In this document: piece after piece, positions 19,100 to 29,500 of the stretch | How positions within the stretch are numbered: the stretch's first letter is position 1 | Layout: each line of letters begins with the position of its first letter | NCBI GenBank assembly: GCA_029260795.1 | Contig: JAJDCO010000125.1 | Coordinates: forward strand, 39,866 to 103,865 | Length of the DNA stretch: 64,000 nucleotides | Origin: Planctomycetota bacterium | Lineage (GTDB): Bacteria > Planctomycetota > OFTM77 | Reading direction: 5' to 3' | Program-made: the position numbers and the translations under genes | The notes under the pieces: model-generated | The model's database searches: none | What the model was told of the DNA's origin: nothing | Seen by the model: the letters and a program-made list of their open reading frames with translations, nothing else

Positions 19100-20179
19100 T
19101 CAGTCCCCGATGCCCAAAGCGACCTTGAGCGTGTCGGAATCGCGAAAGTAGCGATCGTGCGTGCGACCGAACAGCCGATCCCCAAGCCCAGCGTCGAGCT
19201 CCAGGGTCCGCGATTCGACGGCGGTCGATTCAGGGAGCGGCAAGGACCCGCCCATCCAGTCCTGCTCCGAGTGGACGTCGATCCACTTCACCTGCGCGCC
19301 CTGCTCCGCGCACTTCAAAACCTCGGCCCGTAGCCAACGCGACCGAGCGCTCAGGATCCGCAGCGGCGAGCCCAACGTGACGAGTCGCAGCCGATCGTCC
19401 CGCTCGCGATCCGCCAGCAGGTCGACGGCCACCACCGTGCCGAAGGAGTGCGCGAGCAACGTGACCCGGGAGTACTCCGGATGGGCCAGGACGGCGTCGA
19501 GAGCATCACGCACGCGATTGCGACTCGCATCCCGCAGAGAGACACCCTCATCGCTCGGCCGCTGCGTGAGGAAGCGCTTGGCGAAGAAGGCGAGATCGAC
19601 CAGCGAGTTGATCGGAAACCATGCGAGCACGAGGCTCACTGTGAGCCAGACCTTCCAACCGAGCATTCCATCGCCGACTGCCAGGGCCCACTTCTCGACG
19701 AAGCCGGGCGCGTCCTCGATGGCGCCGCTGCCGATCGCCTGAAGGCCGATTCCGAGCACGCCGTAATACCACGCGCCCAGCAGTAGGGATGATCCGACTA
19801 TCCCGAGGAAGAGATAGGTGGAGCTCCAAGCCGCCTTCCAAACCGGTGAGAAGGCCCAGTAGACGATCAGCCCCAGCCCACCGAGCACCTTGCGCCAGGT
19901 CTTGTCGGTCGTGAGCTGAGTTCGGATGTCGCCGATGTACGCCTCGAACACGTCGATCCGCCTCGGCTCCGTCCCCGTCGGTCCGCGGACCTCGACCGGG
20001 ATCGCGCCGCCGCCACTCTCCTCAGCGGGCAGCCGCGTGACCGACGCTCCCTCGAGCGATGTCTCGAGCCCCGAGAGCAGCATCTCCCGCGCAGCCCCGA
20101 TCTGACGATTGCTCAGCCCCGGCACGAAGACCATCGCTTCGAGCGCTCCCATGGAAACTCCTCCCGCGGACGGTGGCAC
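19100..20179 (-). CDS. Membrane-anchored alpha/beta-hydrolase (lipase-like)
   Basis: Central TM helices, then GxSxG nucleophile elbow AHSFGT. Confidence 0.5.
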   Translation of the reverse strand: MPPSAGGVSMGALEAMVFVPGLSNRQIGAAREMLLSGLETSLEGASVTRLPAEESGGGAIPVEVRGPTGTEPRRIDVFEAYIGDIRTQLTTDKTWRKVLGGLGLIVYWAFSPVWKAAWSSTYLFLGIVGSSLLLGAWYYGVLGIGLQAIGSGAIEDAPGFVEKWALAVGDGMLGWKVWLTVSLVLAWFPINSLVDLAFFAKRFLTQRPSDEGVSLRDASRNRVRDALDAVLAHPEYSRVTLLAHSFGTVVAVDLLADRERDDRLRLVTLGSPLRILSARSRWLRAEVLKCAEQGAQVKWIDVHSEQDWMGGSLPLPESTAVESRTLELDAGLGDRLFGRTHDRYFRDSDTLKVALGIGD

Positions 20180-20522
20180 GGTTCAACGACGCTCATGCTA
20201 CCGGAGCGCCGGGCGCGGTGACAGCCACGGAGACCTCGAGCCGGCGGCACGGCGGACCGACCGGGCCCAGCGGCAATAAAGACGGTGAGGTCATCGCTGA
20301 CGTCGGACCAGCTCATCGTTGGCCTCTCGCCGCAGCCGTAGGAGGAAGCCGGCCGCTGCGCATCGCTCATCCTCTCCGCCAAGGCTGTGGTGCCTACGCC
20401 CCGAAGACTCTTCGAGCAGACGCAGGGTTACACGCGATCGGAAGCTCGTTGAAGGACAAGGCCTCCGACCCGGTGTGGCGGAGACCGGCGGAGGGCGCCG
20501 AGGTGAACGACTCGAGCAACTC

Positions 20523-21884
20523 CTACCTATCCTTCCCGATGTCGGGTCGCAAGTCGGGCGCATTCCCGAACAGGAACTCCAAAGCACCGGGCAGCCGCCG
20601 CGCCCAAGACGTTTCGTGGTGGATGGCGTCCTCCTCGATGACGAGCTGCGCGCGCGACGGCAGGAGTCCTTGCGCCTCGAACGTCGCACGCAGCGCCTCC
20701 ATCCCGCGGAGGTAGCCCGCCTGTGTGCTCGCGTCGGATGACTCCTGCGTTCCGATCGCGACGAAGATCCGCTGCGTCCAGGTCTCGTGCTGAGTACAAC
20801 GCTTCATCAGAGCCGGACCGAAGGCCCAAAACACCGGCGACTCGACGAGTAACGCTCCGAACCGATCCGGGTGGCGCATCGCCGCATAGAGCGTGATGTT
20901 GCCGCCGTAGGACGACCCGCCGAGCGCCGTGTGCTGTGGTCCGAGAGCGACGCGGTACCGCTTCTCGATCTCCGGCATGAGCTTCAGCGTGAGGAAGTCC
21001 AGATAGCGATCGCCGTGATGCGGTACACCCCGCTTGTGGGTGAAGGGCGGATTGTACTCGGCCGTGCGGGCGCTGCCGGCGTGGTCGATGCCGACGATGA
21101 TCAGTGGCGGGATCTTGCCTGCTTCGATCAATCGGGTGGCCGACTCGTCCGCGCCCCACTCGTCACCCTTGAACGACGTGGCCGCGTCGAACACGTTCTG
21201 TCCATCGTGCAAGTAGAGCACGGGGTAGCGACGTGAAGCCTGCTCCTCCGTGGCGTAGCCCGGCGGCAGCCAAACGCGCACCGGACGGGTGTTGCCCAGT
21301 CGCTCGCTGGCGAGCTCGAACACGTTGAGTTGGCCGGTGACGGTGCTCTCTCGCGCAGCGCTCGCCGCTTCGCCCGTCCGATCGTCGGCCCAAGCCTCGA
21401 CGGTGAGCTCGATCACTCCCTCCAGATCCTGGACGCTCAGGACCCGGTTCGGCTGATCGGCTCCACTCCCGAGCAGTTCCACCGTCTTCCAATCACCCCG
21501 AGTCAACTTGAACTCGATCGGCTCGCCGCCAAGCTTCTCGATCGGGACGGCGATCGTCCAGCGCGTCGGGTCGTCCAAGTCTTCGACCGTCAGCCGCCAT
21601 CGCAGGTCGCCGGGTTTCCATCGAGTGAAGGTGCCCGCCAGATAGAGCGGGCCGCGCTCGTCGGGAGCCGTGACCGCGAATCGCACGTCGCGAGCAACCG
21701 GCGGATCCTGAACCGGAGTGCACCAGGCCGACGGCACCACGAGCGCAAATGCCAGCAGACCGAGTATCGTGCCGCCCAAGGCACCGCTGGCTCCCGGGCA
21801 GTGCGCCGAGCTGGCCGCAGGCGACGAGAGCCTCCTGGCGGCGCCGGACCCGTTTCGATCTTCCTCGGTTCTGGGGTCGCCCAT
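20523..21884 (-). CDS. Putative esterase (esterase D / enterochelin-esterase-like) with N-terminal Ig/CBM-like domain
   Basis: RYPVLYLHDGQNVF...GGSSYGG is the esterase-family core. Signal-peptide-like hydrophobic N-terminus. Confidence 0.65.
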   Translation of the reverse strand: MGDPRTEEDRNGSGAARRLSSPAASSAHCPGASGALGGTILGLLAFALVVPSAWCTPVQDPPVARDVRFAVTAPDERGPLYLAGTFTRWKPGDLRWRLTVEDLDDPTRWTIAVPIEKLGGEPIEFKLTRGDWKTVELLGSGADQPNRVLSVQDLEGVIELTVEAWADDRTGEAASAARESTVTGQLNVFELASERLGNTRPVRVWLPPGYATEEQASRRYPVLYLHDGQNVFDAATSFKGDEWGADESATRLIEAGKIPPLIIVGIDHAGSARTAEYNPPFTHKRGVPHHGDRYLDFLTLKLMPEIEKRYRVALGPQHTALGGSSYGGNITLYAAMRHPDRFGALLVESPVFWAFGPALMKRCTQHETWTQRIFVAIGTQESSDASTQAGYLRGMEALRATFEAQGLLPSRAQLVIEEDAIHHETSWARRLPGALEFLFGNAPDLRPDIGKDR

Positions 21885-21913
21885 GCCAGGGACGCTCCGA
21901 TCAGAGGGAAGGA

Positions 21914-21990
21914 TGGTGGGCGATGCTGGACTTGAACCAGCGACCTCTGCCGTGTGAAGGCAGCGCTCTAGCCAACTGAGCTAATCGCCC
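21914..21990 (-). tRNA. tRNA-Val (anticodon CAC), CCA encoded
   Basis: The reverse complement GGGCGATTAGCTCAGTTGGCTAGAGCGCTGCCTTCACACGGCAGAGGTCGCTGGTTCAAGTCCAGCATCGCCCACCA folds as a canonical cloverleaf, with anticodon loop TTCACAC. Confidence 0.85.
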
Positions 21991-22192
21991 TTCGGGTGGC
22001 GTGTCGGACGGCGGGACCGCCTGACAGGGCCGCCCAATCTACGAACGGGGCCAAGGCTTTGCAACGCGTTTTCGGGCTCGCTCGATTTTTGGTTTGTCCC
22101 CTTCGAAACGCGCTCCTTGAATGATGGGCTGGCTGGAGCGGCGCGCGGATCGCCCTCGGCCCCGCCACACCAGGACCTCCCACGGAGCGGAC

Positions 22193-23539
22193 ATGAGTCG
22201 GATCGAGGCACGGACGCTGAAGGGGTTTCGAGACTACCTCCCTGAGGCGATGATCCCCAAGCAATCGATGCTCGACCGCATCGCGCGCACGTTCGAGCGT
22301 CACGGGTTCTCTCCCGTCACCACCCCCGCCCTCGAGTACACCGAGGTGCTCACCGGCAACATCGGCCCTGAGAATCAGAAGCTCCTCTACCGCTTCCGCG
22401 ACCACGGCGACCGCGACGTGGCGCTCCGCTTCGACCTCACCGTGCCCTTCGCTCGCATGATCGCCGAGCATGGTGAGCTCCCGCGCCCCTTCCGTCGCTA
22501 TCAGATGGGCACCGTGTGGCGCGGCGAGTCGCCGGGCAAGGGACGCTACCGCGAGTTCATGCAGTGTGACGTCGATATCGTCGGCAGTGAGTCGATGCTC
22601 GCCGAGGCCGAGATCCTCGGCGTGGGATGCGCTGCACTCGAGGGGCTCGGCGTCGAGCGGTTCCAGCTTCGCCTCGGCCACCGCCTGCTTCTCAACGCGC
22701 TGATGACGAGCCTGGGCGTCGACGAGTCCGAGCGGGTCCAAGTGATCCTGCGCGAGCTCGACAAGCTGCTGAAGGTCGGTGAGAAGTCGGTGCGCCAGAG
22801 CCTCCGACAGCTCGCCGGCCTCGAGGACGACGCCCTCGAGCGCATCTTCCGGTTCATTCGACTGGGTGAGTCCGAGGGCGATCTCCTCGAGGAGCTCGAG
22901 TCGCTGGTCGGGGACCAGCCGGATGGACCCGCCGGCATCGCGCAGCTGGGTGAGATCTTGCGCTACGCCGAAGCGGCCGGCTTTCGAGAGCGCATCGAGG
23001 TCGATCTCTCGATCGCGCGGGGACTCGACTACTACACGGGCGCCGTGTATGAGACCTTCCTTCTCGACCTGCCCGATCTCGGCAGCGTCATGAGCGGCGG
23101 ACGCTACGACGGCCTGATCGGCCTCTTCCTCGGACAGTCGATTCCCGCTGTTGGCATCAGCGTCGGAATCGATCGCCTCGTGGTCGGCTTGCAAGAGCTC
23201 GGCCTCGTCCCGGAGCAGAAGACCTCCGCCCGCGTCCTCGTCACCACCTTCAACATCGACACCGCGTCGGCGAGCGTCGAGGTAGCGCGCGCACTGCGGG
23301 CGGCCGGGATCCCGACCGAGCTCTACCCGGGCACGCCGAAGATCGCCAAGCAGTTCAAGTACGCGAACCGCCTCGGCTTTCCTCTGGTCGTGATCGGAGG
23401 TCCCGACGAGCTCGCCCAAGGGCAAGTCACTCTCAAAGACATGATCGGCGGCGAGCAGATGATCGTCGCGATCGCCGATCTCCCCGGCGAGGTCGAGAAG
23501 CGGCTTCAATCGCTCGATACGGCGAGCGAGCGCGAATGA
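22193..23539 (+). CDS. hisS: Histidine--tRNA ligase
   Basis: MSRIEARTLKGFRDYLPEAMIPK... with class II aaRS motifs and a HisRS anticodon-binding domain. 448 aa. The stop overlaps the next gene start in ATGA. Confidence 0.9.
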   Translation: MSRIEARTLKGFRDYLPEAMIPKQSMLDRIARTFERHGFSPVTTPALEYTEVLTGNIGPENQKLLYRFRDHGDRDVALRFDLTVPFARMIAEHGELPRPFRRYQMGTVWRGESPGKGRYREFMQCDVDIVGSESMLAEAEILGVGCAALEGLGVERFQLRLGHRLLLNALMTSLGVDESERVQVILRELDKLLKVGEKSVRQSLRQLAGLEDDALERIFRFIRLGESEGDLLEELESLVGDQPDGPAGIAQLGEILRYAEAAGFRERIEVDLSIARGLDYYTGAVYETFLLDLPDLGSVMSGGRYDGLIGLFLGQSIPAVGISVGIDRLVVGLQELGLVPEQKTSARVLVTTFNIDTASASVEVARALRAAGIPTELYPGTPKIAKQFKYANRLGFPLVVIGGPDELAQGQVTLKDMIGGEQMIVAIADLPGEVEKRLQSLDTASERE

Positions 23540-24924
23540 TCTTCCTGGCGATCCAGGCTCGGACCACGCCCGGACGCGCTACCGACTGGCTCCGCTCATG
23601 CCACCGATTCCTCGCCGGAGGCCCGGGCGAGCTTCAGCCGGTCGACGAAGACAACGCTCGGATCTTCTTTCATCCACTCGCCGACGGCATCGAGATTCCG
23701 ATCCGGGACGATCAGGCCTTCGAAGTCTTGCTCGTGACCTCGGGCGTCGGGCCAGGGCTTCATGAGGAGGTCGTCGCCTGGCTCGACGACGCTCGACAGT
23801 CCGAGCTCTTGGTCGACGTCTCGGTCGACGACTCGACGGGCTATTGGATCGATCGCGATCGCGCCAACCTCGAGCGAATGCATGTCAAGGTGATGCGCCA
23901 GATCGACGAAGCCCTGCAGCAGGAGTGCGAGGGAATGTCGGTGCAGACGAGCTTGGGGCGGTTGACGCCGAGCGAGCTGTCGCGGCAGATCGAGGACCTC
24001 ATCGCCTACCGCGACCTCGCCTTTCACTTCCCCTGGTGGTCTCGCGAGCGCAACGGTTGGCTCTGGTTTCAGGTCGGTCGAGCCGTGCTGGCCGAGTGGA
24101 TGCCTGCGGACGAGAACGACGAGCCCATGAACGAAGCGGCGCTGCGGCTCGCCGATCGCGCCCTCCGCCGAGCGCGAGCTCACGGCATCCGACCGACCGA
24201 TTGCCTCGAGCTGCTGGCTCGAGTTGCCGAGCGGCGTGCCGATTGGCAGACCGCTCGCGAGGCCCTCGAAGAGATCTTGTCCCGGCGACCCGAGGAGGCG
24301 TCGCTGCATGCTCGATTGGGTCTCGCGCTCTGGAACCTTGACCAGCCGGATCTCGCGTGGCGCTGCTTCGATCGTGCGCTTCACCACGACCCGGAGATGC
24401 ACCGCGTTCGATTCAATCGCGCTCTGGCGGAGGCGCGCCTTGGGAGACCGGGGGACGCATTGCTCACTCTCAAGCGTTTCCTTCGCGAGCAGCCCGACGA
24501 TTGGGACGGCCGAATCGAGCAGGCCGCCCTGCTTCTCGAGCTGGATCGCGGCGAAGCGGCTCTCGACATATTGGAACAGCTCGCGGAGGAGCGTCCGAAC
24601 GAACAGGTTCTCTTCTATCTCCGCGGGCGAGCGCTCCGCTCCCTCGGGCGATGGCACGAGGCGATCGATGCCTTCGAGAGCGCGGGCGATACCAAGGACT
24701 ACGACCTGCTTCTCGAGCGCGGCGAGTGCTACCGATCGCTCGGCCTGCCTGCTGAGGCCCTCGCCGACTTCAGGAGCGCGTTGGCCCGAGACCCTTTGCG
24801 ACCCGAAGCATTTCGAAACGCCGCTCTCGCGTTGGAAGCGCTCGGCGAGGTCGAGGCTGCGGAGAAGTACCGCCGATGTGCTCGTGATCGCGAGAAGCGC
24901 CCAGGCTCCTCGAGCTCGCGGTAG
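23536..24924 (+). CDS. TPR-repeat protein, translationally coupled to hisS
   Basis: The C-terminal two-thirds are canonical TPRs. The N-terminal ~200 aa are unknown. Confidence 0.6.
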   Translation: MIFLAIQARTTPGRATDWLRSCHRFLAGGPGELQPVDEDNARIFFHPLADGIEIPIRDDQAFEVLLVTSGVGPGLHEEVVAWLDDARQSELLVDVSVDDSTGYWIDRDRANLERMHVKVMRQIDEALQQECEGMSVQTSLGRLTPSELSRQIEDLIAYRDLAFHFPWWSRERNGWLWFQVGRAVLAEWMPADENDEPMNEAALRLADRALRRARAHGIRPTDCLELLARVAERRADWQTAREALEEILSRRPEEASLHARLGLALWNLDQPDLAWRCFDRALHHDPEMHRVRFNRALAEARLGRPGDALLTLKRFLREQPDDWDGRIEQAALLLELDRGEAALDILEQLAEERPNEQVLFYLRGRALRSLGRWHEAIDAFESAGDTKDYDLLLERGECYRSLGLPAEALADFRSALARDPLRPEAFRNAALALEALGEVEAAEKYRRCARDREKRPGSSSSR

Positions 24925-24942
24925 CTCTCAACCAAAAAAGAC

Positions 24943-24984
24943 GGAGGAGATTCGAGGGAAGCGCCCATACCTCGAAGCTCCTCC
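24943..24984 (+). terminator. Stem-loop (15-bp stem, 1 mismatch) just downstream of the hisS-TPR operon
   Basis: GGAGGAGATTCGAGG-gaagcgcccata-CCTCGAAGCTCCTCC. No strong U-tract follows. Confidence 0.35.
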
Positions 24985-25402
24985 GAGCTCCCGGGCCGAA
25001 TTTGCCTGTCGGCTCTCCCGAAGGAGTGCGCGCCAGACTCGGCACGGGTGATCGCGTGAACGATCGACGGCTTCCTACGCAAGCGAGTGCCCAGTCGTCG
25101 GAGACACGCAAGAAAAACTCGATCCTCGCTCAGAGGCTCCCACGCTTCGTCGATTTAGGTTCGCCCGGGCCGAGACGGAACACCGCCACCGCTCGAAACG
25201 ATGCTCAGGATTCTCCTGATTCTCATGAGAGCTGGACTCGATCCTCGACGGGGATTCAGCACTTGTTCGTCCAGCCACGGAGCGAGGCGCAAGAGGGTGC
25301 GGAGGCGCAAGCTCGTCCACCAATGGACCGTCGGTTATAACTCACCGATCCAGACGACTCTGTGATCACGAGTGCTCCCGAACTTCGGATCTCGAGACGC
25401 CC

Positions 25403-26575
25403 ATGGTCGGCCTTCAATCCCTCCAGCGACTCGGGGCCAACTCGTGGACTGGCGGCCAGTACTCGCTGTTCCGCGCCGCCTTCGGGCTGTACATCGCGCT
25501 TCACTTCGCCGATCTGCTGCTCTCGAATCCATGGTACCTCTCCAATCACTGGGTGCTCGAGACGGCCGAAGACCCGATCTGGGGCTTCCTCCCCAACGTT
25601 CTCGCCCGCAAGCAGGACCCGATCTGGGTCCAGGGCACGTTGTGGAGTGGGCTCGCCTTGTCGCTGCCGTTGATCCTGGGTGTCTGGCCGCGCGTGGTCG
25701 GCCCGTTGCTCGCCCTGCTTTGGGGTCAGGTCTTTGCCTGCATCCCCGGTCACTTCCACGGAAGTCTGCATGCGATCGCGGCCATCCTCCTCCTTCAGGT
25801 GTTGGTGCCGGGTCGGCCCTACGGCTCCTGGCTGGCCCGCGGCCGCCTCGATCCCGGTGGCGAATGGCAGATGCCTCGACCTGTCCTCGCGCTGGCGTGG
25901 TGCCTGAGCGGATTCGTCGTCGTCGTGTGGGGAACGAGCCAGCTCCGGACGTTCGAGCTGTCGAGCACTCGCGACATCGGGCTCGGCTGCCTGGCGATCC
26001 TTTCGCCGTTGGCGTTCGTCTCATTGCGTTGGCGAAGCTGGGCCTGGCTCGCGTTGACAGTGCTCGGGGTCGCCGACGTCGTCATTCAGCTCTCGAGAGG
26101 CGAGGAGTTCAGCGTCGGCTGGATCGTTGTGCTCGCGTTCCTGTTCGATCCCGGCTGGATCGAGCCGCCCGCGTCACGTGAGCGTTGGGTCTTCTACGAC
26201 GGCAGCTGCGGCCTCTGCCACCGCTTCGTGCGCTTCCTCCTGGCCGAAGACGACCGCGGCGCGTTTCGCTACGCGCCGCTGCAGGGCGAAACCGTTCGGG
26301 AGCGGCTCTCGGCAAAGACGATCGCGGGGCTACCCGATAGTGTCGTGCTGCTGGAGGGCGACCGCGTGCTCAGTCGCTTCGAAGCGGCACGGCGAGTACT
26401 CGTCTGTCTGGGGGGAGGCTGGCGCATCTTGGGGACGCTGCTCGGAGTCGTGCCCCGTTCCCTCGGGAACACTCTCTACGACCTGATCGCCCGGGTACGC
26501 CATCGGCTCTTCAAGACGCCCGAGGCGGCGTGCCCGATCCTGCCCGAAGACCTCCGCAAACGCTTCGGTGCCTAG
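25403..26575 (+). CDS. Fusion of a polytopic HTTM-like membrane domain with a DCC1-like thiol-disulfide oxidoreductase (DUF393)
   Basis: The C-terminus VFYDGSCGLCHRFVRFLLAEDDRGAFRYAPLQGE is the DUF393/DCC signature. The N-terminal ~240 aa are multi-TM. Confidence 0.6.
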   Translation: MVGLQSLQRLGANSWTGGQYSLFRAAFGLYIALHFADLLLSNPWYLSNHWVLETAEDPIWGFLPNVLARKQDPIWVQGTLWSGLALSLPLILGVWPRVVGPLLALLWGQVFACIPGHFHGSLHAIAAILLLQVLVPGRPYGSWLARGRLDPGGEWQMPRPVLALAWCLSGFVVVVWGTSQLRTFELSSTRDIGLGCLAILSPLAFVSLRWRSWAWLALTVLGVADVVIQLSRGEEFSVGWIVVLAFLFDPGWIEPPASRERWVFYDGSCGLCHRFVRFLLAEDDRGAFRYAPLQGETVRERLSAKTIAGLPDSVVLLEGDRVLSRFEAARRVLVCLGGGWRILGTLLGVVPRSLGNTLYDLIARVRHRLFKTPEAACPILPEDLRKRFGA

Positions 26576-26588
26576 AGACCGGTCATCG

Positions 26589-29500
26589 TCATTTGACATC
26601 GAGGATCGTGGACTCGCCGCTGCTCACGATCACGGTCGAGATCTCTCCGTTGAATTGCACGACGCGGTAGACTCCGGCCTCGAGCTCGAAGGACGGTCTC
26701 CGGCCGACCAGGGGCGTCAGGTCGTGGCCGTGATCATCGAGCAAGGCCCTCGGAACCTGACCCGACGTGCGGCCGCGCCCGATCTCGAGCCATCCAGGTG
26801 CCACGACCGGGATCTCGAGGAGCGTGCGCGAGCCCGGCTGGATCTCCACGGCGGGCACTCGCTGGAGAGTAAGATCCCCGCCCCCCATCCAGACTTCGAA
26901 CCGACCCGGCGGTAGGAACGGGCCCGCTCGCCCAACTGTACGACCGGACTCGAAGGCGAGAAACGGCGCTCGCTCGCGAATGCCGTCGAGGCGGACGGCG
27001 ATCACGTCGAGCCTTTCGCCCGGCACGAGCGGGATCTCGATCTCACCGTCTTCACGCAGCTCGACCGAGCCCGGCGCCACACGCTGCGTGTCGACTCCTG
27101 AAAGGAGTAGCGCGTACTCACCAGGCGGCACGCGAATCGGCTGGTTGAGCTCCACCCGAATCGACGCTTCGCCGAGATCTCCGGCAGCGCCTCTCAAGGC
27201 GACGACTCCGTCCAGGTACAGCTCACCGGCCTCCCGTCGCGCTCGAAAGACGACTCTCACCGTTCGAAAGCTCGTCTCGATCGTCTGTCGCTCTCGTTCG
27301 AGCAGCGTCAAGACGCGCTCGTAACTCTGAGTACGATCGGCACCGAGGAGCTCGATCACGAAGCGCTGCTGGCCCGGCTTCAGGTCCCGCATCTCGAATC
27401 GTCCGGCCGGGTCCGTTCTCACGACGGAGGCCAGCTGATCGAGAACCTCGGGTGACCAATACAACCGGATCTCGACATGCTGAAGCGGCAGATCGTCTCG
27501 GAGGACTCGCCCCGATAGAGAAGCCGTCGCAGTGTCGAGGTCGAAGTCGACGATCGCGGATTGGCCGACTGCGAGGTCGATCCGGCGAGTCGCTTCGATC
27601 TCCCCGCCGACGTCACAAAGAAGCGCGTGGCGCCCAGCGGGCAGGCTCTCGAAGCGATAGCGCCCGTCCTCGTCGACGCCGCCGGCGCCCAAGATGGCGG
27701 ACAGAGAATACACTTCGACCTCGCCGCGCAGACGCTCGCCTTCTGGCAGGAGAACCCGCCCCGAGACCGACGCGCGACCCAGGGTCGAAAGCCTCACGCG
27801 CGGCCGCCGTACGACCGGCGAGACGATGACGAACGTTGGCTCGGTCGACGCAACGAATCGATCGACACGAAGCAACCGCCACTCGAGGGCGTATCGGTCC
27901 GCGGTCAGAACCGGTAGTTGAAATCGGCCCTCTTGGTCGGTGATCACGGCGCGACGAGGGCTCTCGATCCACACCTCGGCGCCGGAGATTCCTTGGCCGT
28001 CCGACTCGTCCACGACGACCCCTTCGATCGCGAACCCGGAGGACCGAAGTCGAATGTCGAATGCCGGCGCCTCATTCCGTGCCGGGACGCGAAGCGACAC
28101 TCGCCCGATCAAGCCACGCCGCTGATCCGTTGCGACGAGGGTGTAGGAGCCGATCGGCACCTCGAACGAGAACCGCTCTGTGAAGAGGCTCTTGCGAAAG
28201 GGAGGATCGGAATCGACGGCGAGGAAGCCGGTCGGAATGAGCTCCAGCTGACACTGCTCCGGGTAGGGAGCGCCATCGGGCCCGAGAATCTGGCCTTCGA
28301 TTCTCCGGGTGGCCCGTGAAAGGCGGAACGCCTCATCCAGCGGCACGTCGATCTCCAGCGATCGATAGCCCTCGGCCTCCACGACGTACGCTCCCGCCGC
28401 CACGTGCCGCCACCGACAGCCACCTTCGGCGTCGACCTCCGCTGGAAGCGGCCGAGGAGACAACACCCAAGGTTCCACCGACAGCGGCTTCATCAAGACA
28501 CGAGGTGGCTCGTCGCCGGTGTGGCCGAGCAGCTGGCCCAGGACGACCTGTCCTTCACTGAGAGTGACCGTGGCATCGGAAACGCGCCCTTCGACGGCAA
28601 CGGTCCGAGGCGCCCAACTCTCATGCGTCACCCGAAGCTCCAGGCGGTCAGCCTCGAGAAAGTCGAAGATCACTCGCCCTCTCTCGTCGGCCGAAGCAAT
28701 CTGTCGAAAGGCCATCTCGAACACGGGATGTCGCTCGGGCTCGCTTTCGAGGCACTCGACGCGCGCGCCCTGGATCGAGACTCCCGACTCGCCCACCACC
28801 TGAACGGCCAGCGAGCGCCCCTTCCGCAAGACCAGATCGGGCGCCGCGGTTGTTTGCTCCACTGAGACACCGACGAGGTCCACTCGACCACGTCCTCGAC
28901 CCGTCACTTCGCTGGACAAGGTGAGCCAGCTCGCACCTTCGAGATGGCGAAGCTCGTATCGACCGCTTCTGTCAGTGGTCGCCTCGATCGACTCGAAGCC
29001 GATGGGATCGGAGTAAGGATCGAAGTCGTTGAACAGGATCGAGAGCTCGGCTTTCACGTTGGCTCCCGAAACTCCGGCGCCTTCGACGTCCACGACTCTT
29101 CCCAAGATCTGGCCGGCGGCCTCGAAATGCAGCGTGATTTCACGACTCTCGGTGGCGAGAGAGGCCGAGACACGATCGTCTCGAGCCCGGAGGTAGGGAT
29201 CTCGAGAGCTCGCCTCGTACTCACCCTCCGTCAGAAGGAGCTCGAAGCGACCGCTGGCGTTCGTCGTGACGGAGTTCGGCTCGCGATTCGTTTGGCCCTT
29301 GCCTCGGAAGAGGAGCTCGACGCCGATCAGCGGGTCGATTCCTCGGAGCGCCTGACCGCGAATGCGGACCGGTCTCCCGATCGGCGCTTCGCCGTCAGCA
29401 GATGAAGAGCTCTCGGACCGCAGCAGCGGCTCGTTCCGTTCGCGCTCGAGCGGTAGACGACGCGGACCGACGGCTTCCTGACCTCTCGGCTCCACCGTCT

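Noticed and set aside
21968-23509. 513-aa minus-strand ORF overlapping hisS
   Set aside because: Antisense shadow of hisS, which has unmistakable HisRS motifs on the + strand. It also overlaps the tRNA-Val.
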